This document shows, piece by piece, positions 11,578 through 19,521 of a stretch of DNA of 32,000 nucleotides. The stretch is taken from assembly GCF_048571625.1 (NCBI RefSeq), contig NZ_CP074954.1; one strand, written 5' to 3'. The position numbers and the translations under genes were made by a program. The stretch comes from Escherichia coli (GTDB taxonomy: Bacteria; Pseudomonadota; Gammaproteobacteria; Enterobacterales; Enterobacteriaceae). The notes beneath the pieces were generated by a model that was given only the letters and a program-made list of their open reading frames with translations, was not told where the DNA came from and made no database searches. How positions within the stretch are numbered: position 1 is the stretch's first letter; the number at the start of each line of letters is the position of its first letter.

Positions 11578-12831
11578 ATGCTGGAACAAATGGGCATTGC
11601 CGCGAAGCAAGCCTCGTATAAATTAGCGCAACTCTCCAGCCGCGAAAAAAATCGCGTGCTGGAAAAAATCGCCGATGAACTGGAAGCACAAAGCGAAATC
11701 ATCCTCAACGCTAACGCCCAGGATGTTGCTGACGCGCGTGCCAATGGCCTTGGCGAAGCGATGCTTGACCGTCTGGCACTGACGCCCGCACGGCTGAAAG
11801 GCATTGCCGATGATGTGCGCCAGGTGTGTAACCTCGCCGATCCGGTGGGGCAGGTAATCGATGGCAGCGTACTGGACAGCGGCCTGCGTCTTGAGCGTCG
11901 TCGCGTACCGCTGGGGGTTATTGGCGTGATTTATGAAGCGCGCCCGAACGTGACGGTTGATGTCGCTTCGCTGTGCCTGAAAACCGGTAATGCGGTGATC
12001 CTGCGCGGTGGCAAAGAAACGTGTCGCACTAACGCTGCAACGGTGGCGGTGATTCAGGACGCCCTGAAATCCTGCGGCTTACCGGCGGGTGCCGTGCAGG
12101 CGATTGATAATCCTGACCGTGCGCTGGTCAGTGAAATGCTGCGTATGGATAAATACATCGACATGCTGATCCCGCGTGGTGGCGCTGGTTTGCATAAACT
12201 GTGCCGTGAACAGTCGACAATCCCGGTGATCACAGGTGGTATAGGCGTATGCCATATTTACGTTGATGAAAGTGTAGAGATCGCTGAAGCATTAAAAGTG
12301 ATCGTCAACGCGAAAACTCAGCGTCCGAGCACATGTAATACGGTTGAAACGTTGCTGGTGAATAAAAACATCGCCGATAGCTTCCTGCCCGCATTAAGCA
12401 AACAAATGGCGGAAAGCGGCGTGACATTACACGCAGATGCAGCTGCACTGGCGCAGTTGCAGGCAGGCCCTGCGAAGGTGGTTGCTGTTAAAGCCGAAGA
12501 GTATGACGATGAGTTTCTGTCATTAGATTTGAACGTCAAAATCGTCAGCGATCTTGACGATGCCATCGCCCATATTCGTGAACACGGCACACAACACTCC
12601 GATGCGATCCTGACCCGCGATATGCGCAACGCCCAGCGTTTTGTTAACGAAGTGGATTCGTCCGCTGTTTACGTTAACGCCTCTACGCGTTTTACCGACG
12701 GCGGCCAGTTTGGTCTGGGTGCGGAAGTGGCGGTAAGCACACAAAAACTCCACGCGCGTGGCCCAATGGGGCTGGAAGCACTGACCACTTACAAGTGGAT
12801 CGGCATTGGTGATTACACCATTCGTGCGTAA
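11578..12831 (+). CDS. proA: Gamma-glutamyl phosphate reductase
   Basis: 417 aa [38 protein letters not shown]; adjacent to proB. Confidence 0.97.
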   Translation: MLEQMGIAAKQASYKLAQLSSREKNRVLEKIADELEAQSEIILNANAQDVADARANGLGEAMLDRLALTPARLKGIADDVRQVCNLADPVGQVIDGSVLDSGLRLERRRVPLGVIGVIYEARPNVTVDVASLCLKTGNAVILRGGKETCRTNAATVAVIQDALKSCGLPAGAVQAIDNPDRALVSEMLRMDKYIDMLIPRGGAGLHKLCREQSTIPVITGGIGVCHIYVDESVEIAEALKVIVNAKTQRPSTCNTVETLLVNKNIADSFLPALSKQMAESGVTLHADAAALAQLQAGPAKVVAVKAEEYDDEFLSLDLNVKIVSDLDDAIAHIREHGTQHSDAILTRDMRNAQRFVNEVDSSAVYVNASTRFTDGGQFGLGAEVAVSTQKLHARGPMGLEALTTYKWIGIGDYTIRA

Positions 12832-12835
12832 ATAA

Positions 12836-12894
12836 AACCGGGTGATGCAAAAGTAGCCATTTGATTCACAAGGCCATTGACGCATCGCCCGGTT
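12836..12894. terminator. Long stem-loop after proA
   Basis: AACCGGGTGATGC ... GCATCGCCCGGTT inverted repeat. Confidence 0.5.
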
Positions 12895-12945
12895 AGTTTT
12901 AACCTTGTCCACCGTGATTCACGTTCGTGAACATGTCCTTTCAGG

Positions 12946-13021
12946 GCCGATATAGCTCAGTTGGTAGAGCAGCGCATTCGTAATGCGAAGGTCGTAGGTT
13001 CGACTCCTATTATCGGCACCA
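12946..13021 (+). tRNA. thrW: tRNA-Thr (CGU anticodon), integration target
   Basis: 76-nt cloverleaf GCCGATATAGCTCAGTTGGTAGAGCAGCGCATTCGTAATGCGAAGGTCGTAGGTTCGACTCCTATTATCGGCACCA; directly downstream of proA. Confidence 0.97.
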
Positions 13022-13023
13022 TT
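13005..13023 (+). repeat. Putative attL core in the thrW 3' end
   Basis: TCCTATTATCGGCACCATT; near-copy at 31533-31550. Confidence 0.65.
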
Positions 13024-13038
13024 CAAACATCTCCCCAA

Positions 13039-13122
13039 GTCTACTAAAGTCTTTCAAAACCCCTTATAATCCGCGTATTAAAGCCCCGTTCGTCTTTTGA
13101 CGTCTACTAAAGTCCCTCAAAA
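13039..13122 (+). repeat. Two direct 21-mers GTCTACTAAAGTCyyTCAAAA (13039-13059, 13102-13122), putative integrase arm sites
   Basis: Near-identical direct copies spaced 63 bp, between the att core and int. Confidence 0.5.
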
Positions 13123-13134
13123 TCTACGGTCAGA

Positions 13135-13155
13135 TGGGGGTACTTATGGGGGTAT
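13135..13155 (+). repeat. TGGGGGTACTTATGGGGGTAT, putative arm-type repeat, left copy
   Basis: 20/21 identical to 31451-31471; third inverted half-copy GTACCCCCA at 13177-13185 abuts the int start. Confidence 0.6.
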
Positions 13156-13186
13156 TTGCTGTTCGGTTTAGTGGAGGTACCCCCAA

Positions 13187-14401
13187 GTGAAACTCAATGC
13201 CCGTCAAATAGACACAGCCAAGCCAAAAGAGAAGGCTTACAAGCTGGCCGATGGTGGCGGTTTGTATCTCTTGGTAAAACCTAATGGAGGTAAATACTGG
13301 CGACTTAAATATCGTGTAGCTGGTAAAGAGAAGCTATTGGCACTAGGTGTTTATCCTGAGGTTACTCTAGCCGATGCTCGGGCAAAACGTGAAGATGCGA
13401 AAAGAGGTATCGCTGGTGGTATCGATCCGATGGAAGCGAAACGAGAGGAAAAGATTGCCCGGGAAACGCAGTTAAACAACACCTTCAAAGATATTGCCCT
13501 TGAGTGGCACAGCAGCAAATTAAAAAAATGGTCTGCTGGTTATGCTTCAGACATCCTCGAAGCCTTCAACAAAGATGTGTTCCCTTACATTGGCAAAAAA
13601 CCCATCGCCGAAATCAAACCACTTGAACTTCTGAATGTGCTGCGTCGCATCGAGGGGCGCGGTGCTACAGAAAAAGCCAAAAAAGTGAGGCAACGGTGCG
13701 GGGAAGTTTTCCGCTATGCAATAGTCACTGGTCGCGCAGAGTATAACCCTGCACCAGACCTTACTAGCGCGATGCAAGGCCATGAATCTAATCATTACCC
13801 TTTCCTTACAGCCAAAGAATTACCTGATTTTTTCAAGGCATTGTCCAGTTACTCAGGAAGCGCATTGGTTGTTATGGCGGCTCGTCTACTGATTATCACC
13901 GGCTTGCGGACTGGCGAACTACGTGGCGCATTATGGGATGAAATTGATTTCAACAAGGCTATCTGGGAGATACCCGCTTCACGTATGAAAATGCGGCGGA
14001 CTCATATTGTGCCATTGTCTGAGCAGGCTCTTTCGCTTATTGGGAAGATTAGAGAAATAACAGGCAATTACCCTCTTATGTTTCCCGGGCGCAATGATCC
14101 AAGGAAAACAATGAGCGAGGCCAGCATAAACCAAGTGTTTAAGCGCATTGGCTACGCTGGACGTGTAACTGGTCATGGGTTCCGGCACACTATGAGTACG
14201 ATTTTGCATGAGCAGGGCTATAACACCGCGTGGATAGAAACGCAGCTCGCTCACGTTGATAAGAACTCAATTCGTGGCACATACAACCATGCGCAATATC
14301 TGGATGGAAGGCGGGAGATGCTTCAATGGTATGCCGACTATATGGATTCTCTCGAGCATGGCGGAAATGTGGTGCATATGGTGTTTGAAAAACACGCATG
14401 A
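13187..14401 (+). CDS. int: P4-type tyrosine integrase with DUF4102-like N-terminal domain
   Basis: GTG start; MKLNARQIDTAKPKEKAYKLADGGGLYLLVKPNGGKYWRLKYRVAGKEKLLALGVYPEVTLADAR; catalytic text TGLRTGELRG, HGFRHTMSTILHE, THAQLAHVDKNSIRGTYNHAQY-like region. Confidence 0.95.
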   Translation: MKLNARQIDTAKPKEKAYKLADGGGLYLLVKPNGGKYWRLKYRVAGKEKLLALGVYPEVTLADARAKREDAKRGIAGGIDPMEAKREEKIARETQLNNTFKDIALEWHSSKLKKWSAGYASDILEAFNKDVFPYIGKKPIAEIKPLELLNVLRRIEGRGATEKAKKVRQRCGEVFRYAIVTGRAEYNPAPDLTSAMQGHESNHYPFLTAKELPDFFKALSSYSGSALVVMAARLLIITGLRTGELRGALWDEIDFNKAIWEIPASRMKMRRTHIVPLSEQALSLIGKIREITGNYPLMFPGRNDPRKTMSEASINQVFKRIGYAGRVTGHGFRHTMSTILHEQGYNTAWIETQLAHVDKNSIRGTYNHAQYLDGRREMLQWYADYMDSLEHGGNVVHMVFEKHA

Positions 14402-14544
14402 AACAACTGGACAAGTATACAGAGGTTTACTAAAGTATAGGGGAGTAGATTGATAAAAACTCACAGAGGATTGCTATTTAACAGTTAGCCCTGGAGAAGG
14501 GCAATCGCTCTTTTATAAACGAAGGTGTATTGAGCCTTCTACGT

Positions 14545-14607
14545 CGCTGACAAAGCGGAATGTTCTTTAACAGGCTTTGGCGCTGACAAAGCGCAATTGT
14601 TCTTTAA
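14545..14607 (+). repeat. Direct repeats CGCTGACAAAGCG(S)AAT(T)GTTCTTTAA (starts 14545 and 14581)
   Basis: Two copies 36 bp apart in the int-alpA intergenic region. Confidence 0.6.
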
Positions 14608-14708
14608 AACTACTGGATGTCACGCCTAATAGCGTGATCCTGCCGAAATGCAGGGTAGCTCTACCCTTGTGGAGCAAACAAACCAAAACAATCTGACTAT
14701 CTTTTATA

Positions 14709-14743
14709 AAAGACCGCAATATGTTTTTCATATTGTGGTCTTT
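14709..14743. other. Strong stem-loop AAAGACCGCAATATG ttttt CATATTGTGGTCTTT
   Basis: 15-bp stem with one non-Watson-Crick position and 5-nt loop, non-coding region. Confidence 0.6.
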
Positions 14744-14829
14744 GGCGTATTCGACATTTGACGCAAATAAAACTCTCGCCATTCGTTGCAGGAGGGAGTT
14801 ATTGCGTCATTAGTACAGGATATTAATAA

Positions 14830-15033
14830 ATGGCTAATTACAATTCATTAATTCGTCTCTCTGAAGTTCAAAGGCGAACTGGTTATAGCAAAGCATGGAT
14901 TTATCGTCTTATTAGTCAGGGGAGGTTCCCTAAACAGGTAAAAATTGGAAGTCGGGCAATTGCTTTTGTTGAGTCTGAAATAGATGAATGGATTGAGAAG
15001 TGTATATTAGAATCTAGAGACGAGGTGGCTTGA
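14830..15033 (+). CDS. AlpA/Vis-family transcriptional regulator (excisionase-like)
   Basis: 67 aa; LIRLSEVQRRTGYSKAWIYRLISQGRFPKQVKIGSRAIAFVESEIDEWI. Confidence 0.92.
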   Translation: MANYNSLIRLSEVQRRTGYSKAWIYRLISQGRFPKQVKIGSRAIAFVESEIDEWIEKCILESRDEVA

Positions 15034-15464
15034 TGGAAAAGAAAAACCGCCCATTACAGGCGGCTAATTCAGATATTCGTGTATCTGATGTTACGCCCCT
15101 TACAAAATCCCTTCAAGCACCAAAGCGCACACCGAAAAAGCATCGTGCCAGAGTCTATATGCTGCGTACTGGTATAGAGGGATGGACAGAAAATGACATT
15201 CTTCGCTACTGCCGTCTGTCTTCTGGTCGTAACTATGCAACAGAGTTAGAACGCCAGCTTGGAATCACTCTGGAGCGTATCGACGAAAAGAATCCTGATG
15301 GTATCGGAACACACCTTCGCTACCGTTTCTCCTGCCGTGGTGATGTTCTGAAAGTGATCACTCATATTAACCATCTTGCGAACATAAATGATCACAACGG
15401 ACTTTCTCAGCAGGAAATTGCCGACATTCTGAAACTCTACCCGGACGCGTTTAACGCCGCCTAA
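15033..15464 (+). CDS. Conserved-looking hypothetical protein of the satellite
   Basis: 143 aa from ATG 15033 overlapping the alpA stop; LEGW/RYCRLSSGRNYATELERQLGITLERI... operon-like spacing. Confidence 0.6.
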   Translation: MEKKNRPLQAANSDIRVSDVTPLTKSLQAPKRTPKKHRARVYMLRTGIEGWTENDILRYCRLSSGRNYATELERQLGITLERIDEKNPDGIGTHLRYRFSCRGDVLKVITHINHLANINDHNGLSQQEIADILKLYPDAFNAA

Positions 15465-15476
15465 CGGAGACTGAAA

Positions 15477-16310
15477 ATGAACATCGAAAAAAGCAGATTA
15501 ATTTCTGAGGCCGCCCCTCATCTGAACGCCTCTCTGGGCACAATTAACGGTAATGAATTTGCCGCAATTGTCCCGGTTATTCCTGGTCATATCGGTGGGC
15601 GTGAAACCAATATTGTTAGCGCAAAAGCGTTACACAAAGCGTTGGGCGTGGGAAAAGACTTCTCTACATGGATCACTGATCGCATCTCTGAATATGACTT
15701 CACCATTGGGCACGATTACTCAGTCCATAAAACAATTTCCCCAAATTTGGGGAAAAGCCCGAATGGCGCGGCTTACAGCAAGATTAAGCAGTCTGGAAGA
15801 CCCGGCAAAGACTATCTGTTAAGTGTCGGAATGGCGAAAGAACTGGCAATGATCGAACGCAATGATCAGGGGCGCGCTATCCGCCGTTATTTCATCCAGT
15901 GCGAGGAAGAATTACAGCGTAGCGTGCCTGAAATCGCCGCCCGCTATCGTCGCCAGCTAAAAGCCCGTATCAGTGCCGCAAACAACTTTAAGCCAATGTG
16001 CGATGCGCTGAATATGGCCCGTGCCGAGATGGGGAAAACGACGCAGCAACACCACTACACAAACGAGAGCAATATGATTTCTCGTATCGTTCTTGGTGGG
16101 CTAACTGCTAAGCAGTGGGCGCGGATAAATGGCTATTCTGGCGAACCTCGCGACCATATGAACGCAGAACAGCTTGAGCACCTCTCATATCTCGAAAGCA
16201 CCAATATCACGTTAATTGATATGGGCATGGAATATGAGCAGCGCAAAGGAGAACTCACCCGCCTGTCGCAACGCTGGCTCGCTAAGCGTCTGGAGGCGGT
16301 CCATGTTTAA
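15477..16310 (+). CDS. AntA/AntB-type phage antirepressor
   Basis: 277 aa; VSAKALHKALGVGKDFSTWITDRISEYDFTIGHDYS...GRPGKDYLLSVGMAKELAMIERNDQGRAIRRYFIQCEEE is typical of AntA/AntB domains. Confidence 0.85.
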   Translation: MNIEKSRLISEAAPHLNASLGTINGNEFAAIVPVIPGHIGGRETNIVSAKALHKALGVGKDFSTWITDRISEYDFTIGHDYSVHKTISPNLGKSPNGAAYSKIKQSGRPGKDYLLSVGMAKELAMIERNDQGRAIRRYFIQCEEELQRSVPEIAARYRRQLKARISAANNFKPMCDALNMARAEMGKTTQQHHYTNESNMISRIVLGGLTAKQWARINGYSGEPRDHMNAEQLEHLSYLESTNITLIDMGMEYEQRKGELTRLSQRWLAKRLEAVHV

Positions 16311-16485
16311 GCCGACAGGAACACCACAACCTCAAAAACGCTACAAAGATGCCCACGGAGCACTCGTTACTGTCGAAAGCGTGTCTCACAACCGAGTGAC
16401 GTTTTATCGCGACGGGTATCAATCGCCATGCGTACAACCGCTGGCACGTTTCATGAAGGAGTTCGCGGAGGTTAACAAATGCTAA
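16303..16485 (+). CDS. DUF4222-like small phage protein
   Basis: MFKPTGTPQPQKRYKDAHGALVTVESVSHNRVTFYRDGYQSPCVQPLARFMKEFAEV; overlaps both neighbours. Confidence 0.65.
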   Translation: MFKPTGTPQPQKRYKDAHGALVTVESVSHNRVTFYRDGYQSPCVQPLARFMKEFAEVNKC

Positions 16486-17732
16486 CCGCCCAGAAGAAGA
16501 CATTTTCACTGGCTGGTATGTCGCCAAAATCCAGCAATATGACAGCAAAGTCAGGCATTAATACAGCAGATACAAGCAAAGTTTATCATTTGCTGGTGGT
16601 AGGAGCGGATGCCTTAACTATGTCAGAAATCTCGGGCGATGATATTAGCATTGAGAAGGTCAGCGGCTGCGCCAGAAAATTTCTGGTCGTAGATGATGTC
16701 TTCCGCTCGTGTAGTGACTCCACAAAAACATTCGTCCACGTGCGTGACGTTAACGAAATGAGCGCGATGTACTGTGCATCTGGTGCTTCCAATAGCGAGT
16801 TTTCGGAGTCCATAAAAAAGAGCTTGCCGTTATGCGGCAACACGGTTTATGGTTATAAGGCACCTCATAAAACGGGTGCCGGGATTGGCGTCCTGGTAAA
16901 TCGAATGGCGACATATGACGCGCCGAGCGTCTTTTTTTATATCGTAGGTCTGACTCACCCATTTTTTGGGCGTTGGTGTATAATCCAGCGCCTTTGTCAA
17001 TCAATGGTGGCTCAGGCAGGGGCTTCTTCGGAAGCGCCGGTATCCATTCGAGCCGGTTACGCCAACCCTGTCTGGGCTACCACCAGCGAAATTGGCGTTT
17101 CCGGTGGTAGCGTTACATGCTATCGAATGGAGGCTGCCACATGCTGGCTACTACCCCTACCCAAAAACCGCAATTTATCTGGATTATCGCCGCAGTTCGC
17201 CGCGATTGCCCGACAATTACCGCCAAAATTCATCATATTGCTGCCGAGTCTGAACGCGATGCTCGCCGTTCTCTGGTGCGCGATCACGTCTGCTTTTTTG
17301 CTGGTCGTATCCGCATGGAGGTGGCACATGATTAAAACCTACGATGTGCATATGGATCCCCTCGAACGCACAAGCCAGATCATCACACTGACAGAAGTGA
17401 TTAACGACATTCTGGTGAGCAACTCTCCCTCACGAGACGAAAGACTGAAGGCGTTACTCGCGATATTGGATCTCGCCGTTCGTGACGTTCATTTCCTGCT
17501 GGAAGGTGGCGAAATGCCAGTAAAAACGGGGAAACCAATGAATAACTCAATTAATACCCCTCGCCTTACGTCCGCACTTCAATTAATCGAGCAAGCAGCG
17601 GCTGTCCTGGTTGCTGTCAGTCTTTCGGCTGAAGAAATGGACGCTACTGATGTCGTGGATGCGATTAAAGCGTGCTCATCTTTGGTTAACGATGCCCGTG
17701 CAGAGCTGGTAATTCTTGGGGGTGAAAAATGA
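16479..17732 (+). CDS. Ash-family-like satellite protein with long C-terminal extension
   Basis: 417 aa; segment [60 protein letters not shown] resembles the phage Ash family. Confidence 0.6.
   Translation: MLTAQKKTFSLAGMSPKSSNMTAKSGINTADTSKVYHLLVVGADALTMSEISGDDISIEKVSGCARKFLVVDDVFRSCSDSTKTFVHVRDVNEMSAMYCASGASNSEFSESIKKSLPLCGNTVYGYKAPHKTGAGIGVLVNRMATYDAPSVFFYIVGLTHPFFGRWCIIQRLCQSMVAQAGASSEAPVSIRAGYANPVWATTSEIGVSGGSVTCYRMEAATCWLLPLPKNRNLSGLSPQFAAIARQLPPKFIILLPSLNAMLAVLWCAITSAFLLVVSAWRWHMIKTYDVHMDPLERTSQIITLTEVINDILVSNSPSRDERLKALLAILDLAVRDVHFLLEGGEMPVKTGKPMNNSINTPRLTSALQLIEQAAAVLVAVSLSAEEMDATDVVDAIKACSSLVNDARAELVILGGEK
17117..17335 (+). CDS. Icd-like (host cell division inhibitor-like) small protein nested in another frame
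   Basis: [47 protein letters not shown] matches the recalled Icd-like family pattern; start may be 17141. Confidence 0.6.
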   Translation: MLSNGGCHMLATTPTQKPQFIWIIAAVRRDCPTITAKIHHIAAESERDARRSLVRDHVCFFAGRIRMEVAHD

Positions 17733-17992
17733 ATATCAACTTAATTTATCGTCATCCGTGTGAGCTGGGAATTGAATCATTGCTGAGCCGTGAAGAGCCA
17801 TATCCAGACACATTCACTCTTGCAGATCGCACGACTGAACGGCTTACCAGAGCGCGCACAGGTCTGGTTCATGTGATGAATGAGATTCTTCCATCGGTGG
17901 GAGGGGAACAGGCGACAGTAATCACTAGCTGGCTACAAAAAGCTACCTCTCTGATAGATATCAGTTTAATCGATGCGGAGAGTGCGAAATGA
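17729..17992 (+). CDS. Hypothetical satellite protein
   Basis: 87 aa, start overlaps the previous stop (ATGA). Confidence 0.55.
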   Translation: MNINLIYRHPCELGIESLLSREEPYPDTFTLADRTTERLTRARTGLVHVMNEILPSVGGEQATVITSWLQKATSLIDISLIDAESAK

Positions 17993-18210
17993 CCAACATC
18001 CAGCTCATTGAAGCGCAATGTCGCATCGAACAGGTTCAGACTGTTTTAGGGTTCTGGCTTGAAGGGGCCAGCCCCAGCAACAGAGACAAGTTAATGATTG
18101 GCGCGGTTATGTCACTGCTCAATGGCGTACCAGAAGCTATTCAGGAAGCAGACGAATTGTTGGGCAAATATGAGTTACAGAATCATTCAGGCGAGGCGAA
18201 ACATGAATAA
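17989..18210 (+). CDS. Hypothetical satellite protein
   Basis: 73 aa, start overlaps the previous stop (ATGA). Confidence 0.55.
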   Translation: MTNIQLIEAQCRIEQVQTVLGFWLEGASPSNRDKLMIGAVMSLLNGVPEAIQEADELLGKYELQNHSGEAKHE

Positions 18211-18805
18211 TTTCTTAACTTTCCATGCAGAAGCAACGCCTGACGGCGTAAACATCATGCACCGCAGCAACGATGGCATGACAGAACGCGTTGAGACCGT
18301 CTCATATATTGATGCCGTAAATCGTCTGGATGCCGGGGATTATGACGATAAACCAGATGAAGGCATGTCAATACATCTCGCTATAGCCGATGGCGGCAAC
18401 CAGGGATATTTCGATTACACATCACAGCATAACGTCATTATGTGGAGATGGCTGATCGCAACAGTATTCATGCTGGAAATGAGAGAGGAAAACGGCACTG
18501 TCAGCATCATTGATGATACTGGCAATCCTTCCGAAGTGGCTGTTTATTCCAACGGCATCGTCGCCATGCCGCTGTATCCAGTAGCAGAGCGCCTCGCTAT
18601 GGCAAACAACATTGAGGGCGCGATGATAGAACGTTTTGGCATCGAGTCTGGCACAGAACGCGCCATCATTTTCTACAGAGCCATGATGGATGTGGAACAA
18701 GGAGCACTGACTCCATTTGGTCGTGAAACGCTTGCTGAACTTCACAACAGCTTTATAGCTGAACTGAATGAAAACGGCATGCCAGCGGAACCAGTGACGC
18801 ACTGA
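18203..18805 (+). CDS. Hypothetical acidic protein
   Basis: MNNFLTFHAEATPDGVNIMHRSNDGMTERVETVSYIDAVNRLDAGDYDDKPDEG...; overlaps the previous ORF. Confidence 0.6.
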   Translation: MNNFLTFHAEATPDGVNIMHRSNDGMTERVETVSYIDAVNRLDAGDYDDKPDEGMSIHLAIADGGNQGYFDYTSQHNVIMWRWLIATVFMLEMREENGTVSIIDDTGNPSEVAVYSNGIVAMPLYPVAERLAMANNIEGAMIERFGIESGTERAIIFYRAMMDVEQGALTPFGRETLAELHNSFIAELNENGMPAEPVTH

Positions 18806-18815
18806 GGATGGAGCC

Positions 18816-19157
18816 ATGATTACTAAAAATTTCCGACTGAATGCGCTGGCAAATAAGTATGCGTCGGCACTGTATAACCACATTACCTCCACCAGCGGCG
18901 GGGACTATTTCATGGTTGATGCGGACGGCGAGGCCGTACGTGTGGAAATCGTCAATGGAGTAAAAGGCGTTCGCAGCCTGATCGATAGCTACACACTGGC
19001 AGCCATGAAAGTGTTCTACCCGCAGTGGGAAACCGTGGGGATCGAGCTTCTTGAGCGTTGCGTCACTAAGGACGGATTGACTGACGTCGGGCGTGAGATA
19101 TGGCAAAGCATGGTTAATGACATGGGCGCAACTGTAGCGGGAGGTTCTCATGCGTGA
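18816..19157 (+). CDS. Hypothetical satellite protein
   Basis: 113 aa, tight operon spacing. Confidence 0.6.
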   Translation: MITKNFRLNALANKYASALYNHITSTSGGDYFMVDADGEAVRVEIVNGVKGVRSLIDSYTLAAMKVFYPQWETVGIELLERCVTKDGLTDVGREIWQSMVNDMGATVAGGSHA

Positions 19158-19521
19158 AAATGCAGAAATGGCGCTTAGCTCCGCAATCGGAGAGCAGGTG
19201 GCAAAGATTGCTGGTGCTGTGTGGATTCATAACCTTCATTCTACTGGTGAAGAGAAAATGGCAATTCAGACGCCAGAGGGACGCACCATTACTACATCTC
19301 TGAAGCCGTCAGATGTTTGTGATCTGATTTGCGCATTCATGTACCCAGCAATGAGGACTGTCCACGGCGATAAGTGGAAACTTGCGACAACCGCTGAATT
19401 TGATATGTGGCTAAACAATGATGGCATGCTGACTGATTACGGAATAACCAAGTGGCAGATGCTGGTTAGCCATATCGCAAACGCTATAGACCACGTGGGG
19501 TACGGTGATGCGAAACATTGA
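19150..19521 (+). CDS. Hypothetical satellite protein
   Basis: 123 aa, overlaps both neighbours. Confidence 0.6.
   Translation: MRENAEMALSSAIGEQVAKIAGAVWIHNLHSTGEEKMAIQTPEGRTITTSLKPSDVCDLICAFMYPAMRTVHGDKWKLATTAEFDMWLNNDGMLTDYGITKWQMLVSHIANAIDHVGYGDAKH

Noticed and set aside
10574-12912. Minus-strand ORFs across proB/proA
   Set aside because: Antisense shadows of clear metabolic genes.
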